Shown here in pieces: positions 1 through 12,800 of a DNA stretch of 64,000 nucleotides. Every line of letters starts with the position of its first letter. The stretch's first letter is position 1. Source of the DNA: Diadema antillarum (taxonomy: Eukaryota); the NCBI RefSeq assembly GCF_040938485.1, contig NW_027270921.1, positions 434,001 to 498,000 of the forward strand, read 5' to 3'. The position numbers and the translations under genes are program-made. The notes under the pieces were generated by a model that did not search any database, had not been told where the DNA came from, and saw only the letters and a list, made by a program, of their open reading frames with translations.

Positions 1-813
1 AGTATATACTTTGCACGACAGTGCAACAATTCTATTATAGAACAAGTCGAGAAAAGTCCTGAAATGTAATTGCTCAAGAGCCGTGATTCAAACTTCACTG
101 GCAGCACATTAAATATCAAATAATAATTGTGATCATTGGAGATAGACACTGTAAACATGCTGATACACACTTGGTCATAGACACTGTAAACACCCCGATG
201 CACATTGTTGGAATAAAGTTTGTGTACTTCGCAATTGTTCGCCGACTTAGCAAGTGTTTGCGCACTTAGCCAGAAATGGTTAGCCACGCATACAGTAAAC
301 TTTTTCATGCATCCAGTAGTTACTGTCACACAGCATCTATGACAAGCCAAAAGGAAACGTATCCAGTAAATGTGCCAAGTGTCAGTAATTATCGGCAATA
401 CAATTTAAACCATGGATTCCTGGCAAAAAATTTGCCCACCCTTCTATGAAAAAGATGATGCGCTTGTCTTTTTGTGAAGCAATAGGAATAGAGTACATGT
501 AGTAACCATGGAGTCCAGTCTAAACCCACTCAGCTGCGCCTCGTGGGTTAAACAATTGCATGGTTACAGCATTGCACACAATCTTTACTGATGCGGTCAC
601 ACCTATGCATCATTTATGTACACTAGCAGCAGACATATTATGACATTAAAAGTGAAACTAACTCAGATATGGAATGATCCAGATGCTTATGAATGACCAC
701 ATACAAAGACGTACTGGGCAATGGTTAAAATTTAGCCTTCCAGTAATTGATAAATGCTATGAAGCACGGACATGAGGCGTGGTCTGTCCTCGCAGACAAC
801 TACTGGCCCTTAC

Positions 814-3800
814 CAATTCTACAGATGAGGTGCACATCTTTGCCACCGGTGTGAAACATGGGGTCAAGGTTGATGCGGAACTTTGGAGAAAGGCGCGCCA
901 CCTCCCCCTGGACAATGTTTGGCACGGCCGGCTGGGTGGTGGGGCTGGGCTCAGTCTTCAGCTTCTTGGCCGGAGGGGTTGGGAAGCTGGAAGCAAAGGG
1001 AGGAAAAAGGATGAAGATGTGACGTGTGGCATAATGATTATATAGTCAAATATCTCTTTTGCAAAGCACGATGGCTGCAATGTCAATTGTGGGAATAACA
1101 TAATAGGAGTTTTACTGTAGCAACTCACATTGAGATAGCACCGGTAGGGTAGGGGCAGTCTTAGATAGTCATGGCTTGAATTGGTGATACAAGAGGTAAG
1201 CCTATAACATCATTCCATAACATTAGGAGAAGTCTTTAAAAGTGCCATCCAGCTCCTGAATGCTGCCGAAGAATTTGGAAACTTCAGACAGACATGAAAT
1301 GAAATAAAGTGAAATTCATAATGAGGAAATTCAAGCACAGTAAGTGTTTCACTGCTTACCCCAATGAAAGTATACAATGAAGTCTGATATATCCTTTAAA
1401 TATACCAGTACATGAAAAACAAAGTTTTATTAAGAAGCCCTTGCCAAAATTAGCTTAACAAAGGAGCCATCTCTATATGCCTGACTGAATGTCATTGTTG
1501 CTTGATGTCACCCCATCAATGATTTGCATGTGGCAGCTTTCATCTGTAATGCCATTGTATTTGAACAAAGTGACATATTTCCCACAATATACATGACAAT
1601 ACAGGATAGAGTTCATTGCTTTTGACACCACCTCTCAGAGTGCAGAAAAGCCATACCAACAGTGACCTGTGTACCCCTGCCCACTTTGCTTCCAGTGACT
1701 ATGATGATTACACTCCATTATGCTTCCTCAGTATTACACTGTGGTGCACAGAGGCGAAATGATCACCACCATCACCATCTTCGTCCTTCTCCTCATCACC
1801 ACCACCACCATCATCATCACCATCTTCCTCATTATAAACGCCACAACCACCACCATCACAATCACTGTCATCCCCATCATCATTCTCATCACCAACGCCA
1901 CCATCACCATCATCACTGCAAACAGCATTACCATCACTACTGTCATTACTATCACCATCCTCATAATCACCACCACCACAAATACCCCCATCACCACCAT
2001 TATCACCAATNNNNNNNNNNNNNNNNNNNNNNNNNNNNNNNNNNNNNNNNNNNNNNNNNNNNNNNNNNNNNNNNNNNNNNNNNNNNNNNNNNNNNNNNNN
2101 NNNNNNNNNNNNNNNNNNNNNNNNNNNNNNNNNNNNNNNNNNNNNNNNNNNNNNNNNNNNNNNNNNNNNNNNNNNNNNNNNNNNNNNNNNNNNNNNNNNN
2201 NNNNNNNNNNNNNNNNNNNNNNNNNNNNNNNNNNNNNNNNNNNNNNNACCATCACTACTGTCATTACTATCATCATCCTTCTCATCATCACCACCTNNNN
2301 NNNNNNNNNNNNNNNNNNNNNNNNNNNNNNNNNNNNNNNNNNNNNNNNNNNNNNNNNNNNNNNNNNNNNNNNNNNNNNNNNNNNNNNNNNNNNNNNNNNN
2401 NNNNNNNNNNNNNNNNNNNNNNNNNNNNNNNNNAATATCTATATACTTTTACTCACTGGGGAGGGGTGCCCTGCAAAGTAGTCAGAGCTGGACCAAAGGT
2501 GCGCTGGAGGGAGTGGTTGAGGGTGGGAGAGTTGATGTGCGCCCGAACCACTTCAAGCAAGGGTTGGAACATGTGCACCGGCTTGATCCGAGAGTCTGTG
2601 GTTGGCGCCGCACTGCTGGTTGTAGTTGTAGTGGTGGTCGTGGCAGAAGATGCCGCACTGGACATATTCAGCTTGAGTTGCTGTTGGCCCCAAATGGAAT
2701 TAATAGACTACTTAGTTTTATTCAAATTCAAGAAATTCTTCCTTTGAGATGTTTTCATTGCAACTGATTTAATCATGGGCGTACCTACTCGAGCAGGATT
2801 CGAACCTACGAACCTCCTGATCTCTGGACAGGCGTCATCTCCACTAGACCACTGAGCTTCCACCCGACAGCAAGTGTTGGTTCTAATCCTTATAGCATGC
2901 AGCGGGTACTGCGTAATTATCCAAATTCATGAAATTCTTCCGTCGAGATGTTTTCGTTTCAACTGATTGACAAATTGCCCTACATCGACGTAAATAAGCA
3001 CTAAATTTTTTCAGTTGCAAGAAAAAATTTAGTTTTAATAGAATTTGAAAGGACAAGGTATAGCATCTGACTCTCCTCTCAAATGACCTTCATGTGAAAT
3101 TCCCTGCGGCTGGGGTCCAGTCTAGGGTTCTAGATGCTCTCTCGTGCTATCTTAGGCTTATTTTTCAACATACAATATGGCAATAAGTAAGAAATCCTTT
3201 CCAACGGGAGACACAGAGCCAGGGCGGGAGAAATCAAATCTCAAGCGGGAGAACGGGAGATTTTGCAAAAATGGGCTTTCGGCGGGAGAGTTGGAGTCTC
3301 TGCTACTGGTGTCATGTTTTCATCCAGGTATACAAAAGTGTATGTCATCCCCTCCAGACCCTCAGCAACCATGCTAATACCAGTTAACTCTGATTGCGGC
3401 ACGAATGCGACAAGCAAGCCTACACGTTGTCGTACATTATTGCCCTCTATGATCATGAATTCAGCCGCTCGCAAAATTGTTGGGAAGTCTTGATTCCTGG
3501 AAAAATTAGACTTGCTAAATATATGGCATATACAGTAATAGGACTAGAAAAGCACTCGGAGAGCACAGACCTCCGCCAAGCCAGCAACTCATTTCCACAA
3601 AACATGCATGCAATTTCCCAATATATATTCTGTTTAGTGCGCATATGTAAACCTCCAGAATGCATGCTAGAACTCCCAAGTTCATCGACCTTATACGCCA
3701 CAAGATCAAAAATCCTACAAAAATCTATAAAAGTTCCCGGATCACTACCAAAATTTAATCATCTATTCCTTGTGTCATAATCAAACTTTTCCTGCAAGTT

Positions 3801-6800
3801 TCATTCAAATCTGTTCACAACTTTTCTAGTTATTTTGCCGATAATCACTTAACCTCCTTCCTTGGTGGAGATACTGAAATATAAGAGTATGAACACATAA
3901 TGCATTCTGAAAACGATACCACGGCAGGAGTCCCCACCTGTTCAATGTTCTCCAGGTATGCCTCACACCTGTTGAGGCTGGCCAGATTCAGCCTCTTGTT
4001 GTGGGTCAGTATGTCCAGCAGGCCATTCATCTTGGCCAGGTCATTGGCACTCACACCACCTGCACGGGGAGGGGAGGGGAAGTCATCCATTCATTCATTC
4101 GTTTTATTTCATTCTACAGATAAAAACTGTAAAATAACAAGCATTCATATACTAGCATAAACAATATGTACAGGTATAAAAATGTTTAAAAAATATTTCA
4201 GCAAACAAATACAGTAGAACAGAGTGCATTGTAGTAAAGAAAACTGAAATAGGATGTATCAGTAAAAGCCTATGAGGCTTGACAAGTAGACAAACCCACT
4301 ATGTAAAACATAAAAATAACTACAGCACAAGATTACTCAAAGTCTGTTTGTATGTGAGTTTGTGTGTGTGTGTGTGTGGATGTGTGTGTGTATAAAGGAT
4401 TGCGTTAAACATAAAAAGGCAAGAGATGAAACTTATACTTAGTTTTAAATGAGTTCAGGAAATGGATATTGCGTAAGTGAAGTTTTGAAAGCTAAACATA
4501 CAGTAGTACTTGTAGAGTATTAAAAATTCATCTTCACTCATTCGAATTTGCTTGCAATACACTGGAAAACTGTATTAAAAGAAACTTGTCCGGAATAATG
4601 AGTTACGTTTTTGTAGTATTTTGAGTTCAAAAGTGTGACATGATAAAAGTCAGTATACCAACTGCAATTCAGGAGTCGCCCTCCCCGTTCAGCATTATGG
4701 GGAAGTGGAACGTTACGTTACATGATGATTGATTGTGCCCTTGTAATTGTAATCTGCACCTGCTTCACTCCAGTGTTGAAGATTAATGGATACTGCTGTG
4801 GCCTGATTTGTTGATTATTCATAATCGATTGTGAAAAATTACATAGCAACCACCACTGGGTAAGCTCCAAGATTGCGGACTTCTGGCGAACTTCTTTGGC
4901 TACTACTTCGCATTTGTGTTGTTGCACAACTGAAATTGTGTTGTTACAGCGTTATTTCACTCATTTCTTATGCATATATGTACATTTTAGACCAACAATT
5001 GACAGTTCTGCAGGCATATGAGAACTATATTTTTGTTAAACATAGGCCGCCTACTATAAACCCACAGATGAATAGGGAAAACACAGGGAATCGTTACACT
5101 ATCAATCTCAAGATTGTAGAACTCTTGACTAGGATGACATACTGACACACTTTAGCGTGCTACGTAGAGTGTTGTATTAATGGTGAAATATAATACTGTA
5201 AAAATGGATATTTTCACACGACTACTTTTTCGCGGTAGGCCACGTAAGATGAGTTTCACATGTTTTTAATTCCGTGGAATCAAGACATTAATTACTGGAC
5301 TATATGGCAAGCAAATATATTTGTGTGCTTTTATTTTCGTGATAGTTACTGGTTGCATAAAATGTGCGAAAATTTCCATTTTTACAGCCGCAATCTATGT
5401 CTGCACGGTCCAGCGCTCACTCTGAACTGAATTATTGGCATATAATGCACATTGATCCACACTTGGCAGAAATGTGCCAACCTGCTATTTTCCTCTATAC
5501 ATCATGTCCTTCTTCTCCCCTCCACCCCCCCCCCCCCCCCCATCTCCTCAAACTCACCGTCCTCTCGGCCCGTGTTGGCCTGGATGGCCTTCTTGAGGGG
5601 CTCGATGTACTTGGACAGCTGCCTCATCTTCTCCTGGCAGGCAAGGAGCTCTGCCTGGTTCTGGTTGGAGGGCGGCCCCGCCCTCATACCCATCCCTGGG
5701 CTGGCAGTGGCGCTACCAACTGAGGCGGGGTTGCCTTGGGGGCACAAAGACGCATAGAGAAATGCATATAGTTGGGGGGGGGGGCAGGCATTGGTAAGGA
5801 AAGAAAAGATAAAGGAATATAATTTTTTTAACATATGCAGTAGAAGGATAGGTGATTGACAGAGCGAGAATAGGAAATCAGGCGAGGAGAAGAAAGAAAA
5901 GTGAAAGGACAGGGGAAATGTGATGATGAAATGAGGGGTATCATTATAGATAGAAGAGAATATACTCAGATATGACAACAACAACAACAACAAAAAACAA
6001 CTTCTCTCTTCATGGACAATTTTACTATGGTATTGACTTGATCTTTTTAATCTCAAAGCCCAATGTTCACTGAACAGAAATTCTCTGATGCCAGACTGCA
6101 ATTTTTTTCCTCTTCAAATAAATCCATGATTTCACTCATTCCAAATATATTCGAGAACATTTTTAAAGCATTTCCAAAAGTGGCTGCATACATTGCACAA
6201 ACAGAACTACAGACTACGATGACTTTAATAACACCTACTATATGACCCCTCTGCTGTTGCGGACATCCCCTCTTACCTGGAGTGTTCAGTGTGCTGCTGG
6301 GAGATGGCACACTGGGTGGCCCACCTCTCTGGGATCCTCCACTTGCTGGGGAGGGGATAGAGTGTCCCTGAGGGGATGGCGACGGCTGGAAATAACTTGC
6401 TGGGGAATGCAGAGGGTTGGATCTGTACGTGGAAGAACACAATAGTATACAATGAGTGCTTCATCATTGTAGTGGTAAGTGTACATGTATTCTTGAAGAA
6501 ACCCTCCAAACTTCTTGCTTCATATGAATGAAAATGTGATTTAGTCTTATGATCTTTGAAGGTTTGCATACTGTAAATGCAGAAATTTCTGCAGTACATC
6601 AATTTTCACATATTTCACGCTACTTCTGGCTAGCACAAATTCTAAGACCCATGGAAATATCTTAACAATTTTCTCTACACATTTTGAATGGGTTGACAAT
6701 TGCGCACCGCAAATTCAAGAACTCGCGAATATGTTTTTGAGCCGCTTAGTGTGAAAACTTAGTCACGCGAAAATATAGACGTTTACAGTAATGGTCAGAA

Positions 6801-9800
6801 TATCGTAGGGAGAGTTTCATGGTGCACCACAAACATTTCCCTATGATTTACTTGGTTAATAGTATCCCAATCTTCACTTTAGTGCTATGCCATGCATTTT
6901 CAGGGCTGCAACATTCACACACCAAAATTAGGGACGTGCTAGAAAAAGTAATCGGGAATACAATGTGTCTGTGCATTACATGCATTTCAATAGGTGAAAA
7001 ATCATTCCTCAATGAGGATGGCTGAATGTTGTCTTTGTCAGGACCTGAAAAGATATGTAAGTTTTCAAGGAACTTCCTTCAGGATCATAAAAAATTGGCA
7101 GTTCTAAAACTGTACAGCACCACAACAACAAAATAAAAGGGATCTCAATATTACAGACCAATAAATTGCAGAATTCTTATCTCAATCTTAGTTTGATTTT
7201 TGGTAAGAACATTTCATGCGATAGTACTTGGTTGCATTGATATTGTACAACTTTCAAAAGCACAAATTTTGCTTCAATGAAAATTATGATGTTGAGTGTA
7301 ACAAGTGATCAACAGGAGGAAGAAGAGTCAATCACAGCTCTCGCACAATCACTGAGGACACCTCTTTATTTCATCATGGATAGGAATATGTTTTATTCTC
7401 AAGCTCTTCCTATGTCAAAGAGCTTACATCATCTGGCTCAGAAAAATTTGTCACAAAAAAAGAGAAAAAGTATAGAAGCACTCTGAGAGCGCAGACCTCC
7501 GCCAAGCAACTCATTTCCACCACTGATCTTGTTCTTCCGTAGAGATCAGTAATTTCCACCCATATGCATGCATGCTGAAAATCACCCGATTTCCCAATAT
7601 AGAAACCTTTTGTTACATCATCAATGCCAGCTGCATGGCGCGCCTTACCCTGGAGCAGAAACTAGAGCACGCACTCTAGTGCCATATGAAAACCTAAAAA
7701 ATATGCAGTTGTACTCCCAAGTTCAATGACCCTACATGCCAAAATATCAAAAATCCTTCATAAGATCCATAAAAATTGCCAGATCACTCCCAAAATTTAA
7801 TCATCTGTTACTTGTGTCATTCTCAACCTTCCCATGAGTTTCATCCAAATCTGTTCACAACTTTTCGAGTTATTTTGCACACGGACAAACCAACAAACCA
7901 ACGCCAAAGAAAACATAACCTCCTCCCTTGGCAGAGGTAAAAAAAAAACTCTAGTAAAATCAACCCTTATTGTTTCCAAGGTAAACTCTGGCTTGAACAA
8001 TGCAGTGCAGGGCATGCATTGTGAAGGCTTTTCTCATCTTGGCACAAGACTTAAAGGCACATAGACCCGGTGGTTTAGTCGAACGCCTACGCGGGCGTAC
8101 GGCGAAGTTTCCTACAGAGGCCTATGCTACTGACTCCTCTTTAGCGCTTACGCTTTGACCCATTTCCATGAGTCCGAAGAAGTCTGATCCACTGCAGTCA
8201 GTGGTCCGGTCACAGTTCGGCTCATGATTCAGCTGATGATGACAGCTTTAGCAATCTTACTTTGTGACGTCATACTAAGAAGCACGCACCCTGGCATCAC
8301 TACAGACTGCGTAATGCGCAGAGAAGACAACGAAGGCAACGTTACCTAGCAACGCCTATGCGCTTTCCTCTTGATGACAGCTAAACTTCGGCAATCTTCA
8401 TATCAATGCTACGGTGATCGGCACTATCATCCAACAGCGCCCCTGCAACTACCGGGTCTACGCACCTTTAAGACAGCTGACACAATCTTAACCAGAGACT
8501 CCTAATAAAACACTAGCTACAACTGCACAACACAAGAACTGAGGCCACAGTGGTATTGACTTAATAAACATTAATCAGCTCTGAGGATTAAAAGAGGGTT
8601 TTCTATGGTAAACCCTAGCTTTAAGTGTGACATCATAACAATAATGTACATGTACTCAAGAGGTGTGTGCTATGACTGGATGCCCCGCCCTCCATCACTC
8701 TCTGCAGCCAATGAGAGAGGGTCTTTCAACTCACCCTGGGGTCGGTACTTGCTGGCTGGGCTGGGCTGGGGATGCTTGCTGCCTGTACACCGGCGAGTCT
8801 GCTACAACAGACTTTTTCAACAAAATAACAAGAAATTCAGACATCATTTTTGTTTGTCAATTCAAAGAAAAAAAAAGAAGAGATAATAAAATGCACCTGG
8901 CACTTTCCGGCGGTCAGGTCCCGACAATATTCACATGCGGAATCATGAAGAGAAACAGAGCAACATTCCATCCAGGACAAGGAGATGAGGATTTTGTGAA
9001 TGTCATGCTTCTCTTCAACAAACACACTGGTTAAAGTTATTGCCACTCATTGTGCAGGTGAGATTAGTAGGAGAAGTAACCATGTAACCTGGTGCGAGTA
9101 TAAAAGGGTAAGTATGTGATCTCTTGCATGCAGTCAGTGACTTGTTACTATAAAAGAATGACTATTAAATCCACAAACCCATCCTTCAACAAGCTCGATG
9201 GTTAAAGTTATTGCCATGTAACCTAGTGCGAGTATGAAATGTGGGTATGTGATTTCTTACATGCACTCAGTGACTTATCAATATAAAAGAGTGACGACTA
9301 TTAAATCCACAAACCCATCCTTCAATAAGCTTGATGGTTAAAGTTATTGCCATTTATTGTGCTGGTGAGATTAGTCGGAGCAGTAGCCATGTAAACTGAT
9401 AGGATTGAGTATGAAAGGGTAGGTATTTCAACGGTTATTTCAATGGAGTCAGTAACAATAAGAGTGATGATTATAACATCCACAAACCCGACCATCCCGC
9501 CCTGACAATCGAACCGAGATGGGAAAATCTCTGCACATACTCCTCCACACGCCTAGTGTCACACTGTTGTGCATTAGACCTAATTCAATGTTTATTAGTG
9601 ACCCCAACTATTTCTCTTCGAGGCAGCTTCATTCCTACTGATAAACAGCCACTCTATGTCACCACTAACTAACTATATCGGGACTTTCGAAGTATCTGTT
9701 AGTATAAAATCAATTTCCTTTGCATTACTTTTGGGAAAGTGCATATGGTCGTTTCCTCAAACAATACTTCCTCTTCACAAGTTAAAAGATAATTGATATT

Positions 9801-12800
9801 TGGTGCATAGAGCTACGCTGTAGCTCCATGTTTGGAATATTAACAGAAATCTTATCTATGCAAATAATGTGCATTCATTCCTTCTGTAATGCTAGAAGGT
9901 TAAAAACCCTCATAATCTGGGTTTTCAACATTAGAATTTCCTGCCATAAGCATTCTGCATATAGCCTTGGCGGTATTTAAGAGCGATCACTATGCACAGC
10001 TATATGCTGGCTTATTTTTTCGTTAGAATTTCTTTTTCCCCCTTTTCCCCCCAACTGTTACAGGTAGAAAATTCTGAGTACATGATACACTTTTGAAATA
10101 TCAAGTACTGGTATTTCTTTACCGATGTAAAGCAGAAACAGATAATACATCTCATGCTATTCAATTTGCCATCGATACTCTGAGTGCAGCACAGAACTGA
10201 AGTGAAGGACAAGTTTCACAAACTGATGAACAATGTACATCTCCTTCATTCTTGCACTCACAAAGTGTTATCTCAGTCTCACATTGTAATTATTGCCTGA
10301 ATTCCTGTGTAAAGTCATGATATATATCTGCGATTTGAACACCTCTACAAAATTCACCATGATTACCAGGTATTATGCATGATGTGCCCATCATTTCACC
10401 ATTTCTCTCACAAATATGTGACATCAACCATTTCACTTTTTTTTTTCAATATGATTAGTGCCATGACAACCAAAATACCAACATACATTGAGAATATTAG
10501 CACTAGTGAGAGGAAACTTGTATGATCAAATTTAGAATTATCACACAACATTACAGATGTTCCCTTTAATAGAAATGAATTGTCTTTTTTTTAACACATG
10601 CAGGGATTAAAGAGATTTTGCATGGAGAGATGGAATACAAGTATGAAATATGATACTGAAAATGACAAAGCATTCAGTTTGCAAACACACAAATGCTGAC
10701 AAAAGACATTGGTCACTAGAACACAAGGAGGACACTGCTGTTAGCTTCAACAATGATTGGCAATAAAAAACATGCAACAAGTTTGGATTCATGCAGGTGT
10801 ACTAATTCATGAAATGGCCATCCATCCAATGGTATTTCTCTTTATCTCAATGAGACCATGACTGTCAAAAAATAGCATCAAGTATAGATAAACACAACTC
10901 TTCCATCAAACAGACAAACAGACAAACAGACGAACAATAACTTAGACAGAAACTAGACACTGAGGAACAGCTTATAATTAGTTGAAGAACAAATATCTTT
11001 TCTACAGGATTTTTTTTTTTTTTTTGGTCTCAGATAGAGACCTTTCCTGTACATCAGTTGAGTAAAATAAAAATAAAAAAGCTAAATGAAAAAATATATA
11101 TATGGGGGGGGGGGGGTCCTAAAATACGTACTTTGGTATAATAAATTGCACATGTCTAGATTGATCATAAAGTTTCAAATTTGTGACAGGTCGCCAGGAT
11201 AACAAGTGATGGTATAGGCTGCAAATATTAAATATTATAATAATATATAGAAAGAGAAAACATAGTTTGAAAAGGAGCTTTAATTCTTTTGTTTGCCTTT
11301 TGAACAGGCAATGACCAAGCCTCGCATAACTCCTTTTCATTGCAGGGGTTATGCACCGTTTCGCACCGAAAGGAAAATTTGTGGACAGTAATTTTGGAAC
11401 CAACAGATATTTGGTTCTTTCACATTTCTAGACAACGTCGTGGCCTAGGCCAGGACTGGCACTCAACCTGAAGCTGTGCAACAACAGAGCAAGTTATCTT
11501 GTGGTCAAAAATCACTTCCAACGAGCACTATTTTTTTTTTCAATTTGTCTGACAATCATATTTCAAGAATGGCTGTCTGCTCACATTAATGATTACAGAT
11601 TCAGGATAATAATATGGTTTTTTTGTGGTTAGATAATATGACAATTACTGCACAAAGTGCATACAGAACTAAGATACTTTTTCCAGAATGTGATATGGGC
11701 TATCAAACAAAGAAGTTGAATATTATTATCATAATTAGCAGTAGTATTATAATCATTATCAGCATACCAGGTCTATTGGTCTTGCCACTATATAAAAGAT
11801 TGTTACAGTTATCAAAAAACATGTTTTTTTCTTGTTTAGAGTAGAAGCTCTTTTGTATTGGTACTTTATCTGAAATTGGTGTTAAACTGTTGATCTCAAT
11901 CCATATCATTACATCAACGTGAAAACAGGTCAGTCCACTGATGAACGCTGTAGCATTGACAGCTGAAAATTCAGGAGGTGAATAGAGTGTATTGAGATCA
12001 AAAGTTTCACATCAATTTTAGAAAACATTTTTTTTTTTTTAATAGTGTATGCTTGTCACAAGATGAAAATGTACTGCAGTAATTGTGCACCACTGGGGCA
12101 CTGCCAATCCATCCTAACTTCGGAGCATACTTAGTGAAGATTCCTTCATTTCCATTTGTGACATGGAGACCAATTTCAATGTTACAAGGAATGTTGATTG
12201 AATAGAGCCTCACTCTCCCCCCGTAGATTCACTCGAGCTCTGGACTATTGAAAGTCTGTAGCAAAGGGTAATTGACCTTTAGTATTCATCTATTAAACCC
12301 AAATGACAAATTCTGGTGTTAATGACATAACATAAATGCCTACTTTCACTCATTATTCTTTGGTGTTACTCCTTTACATATCACATTAAAAAAGAAGAAG
12401 AATGTAGCGACTGATCATGCCTGCAAGCCATGTTTAATGGTTGGGACAGGAAGGACTGTAGTATCTCTCGCAATGCATTGTGGGAAGGTATAGAGGTGAT
12501 TTCAGATACACTGTATACATGCGTTTCCATCATTGTCATATTCTTTGTTCTGCCATACCTCATGCCCAATGCATTCATAAAGGGAGGTTTACGCAAACAT
12601 TTCAGGTTATCTGCAGGAAAGGTGTAGAAAATTATGGACAAGCTGAGTTGCTTGAACACAACTGGAATTTTTCTTGGCATGGGGTATAGCCACTTTTTCA
12701 ATCATCTTAAACTTGTAATTTCAACACAACTGACATTCTACAATTGATTATTCGTACTTTTTATTTTTCATTACTTCATTTTTGGATTAACGAACCTTCA

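Noticed and set aside
1662-2747. 361-aa His-rich and 253-aa Thr/Ile-rich ORFs
   Set aside because: These are translations of a (CAC/CAT)n tract plus N-runs inside a MED15 intron, with no independent gene structure.
2790-2860. Functional tRNA gene
   Set aside because: A and B boxes are present, but the acceptor and anticodon arms are imperfect and the sequence is embedded in a repeat unit; treated as SINE-derived.
12381-12701. 106-aa ORF with a good acceptor as an extra MED15 exon
   Set aside because: It needs phase 1, which is incompatible with the upstream phase-0 exons. It has no MED15-like composition and no clear donor.
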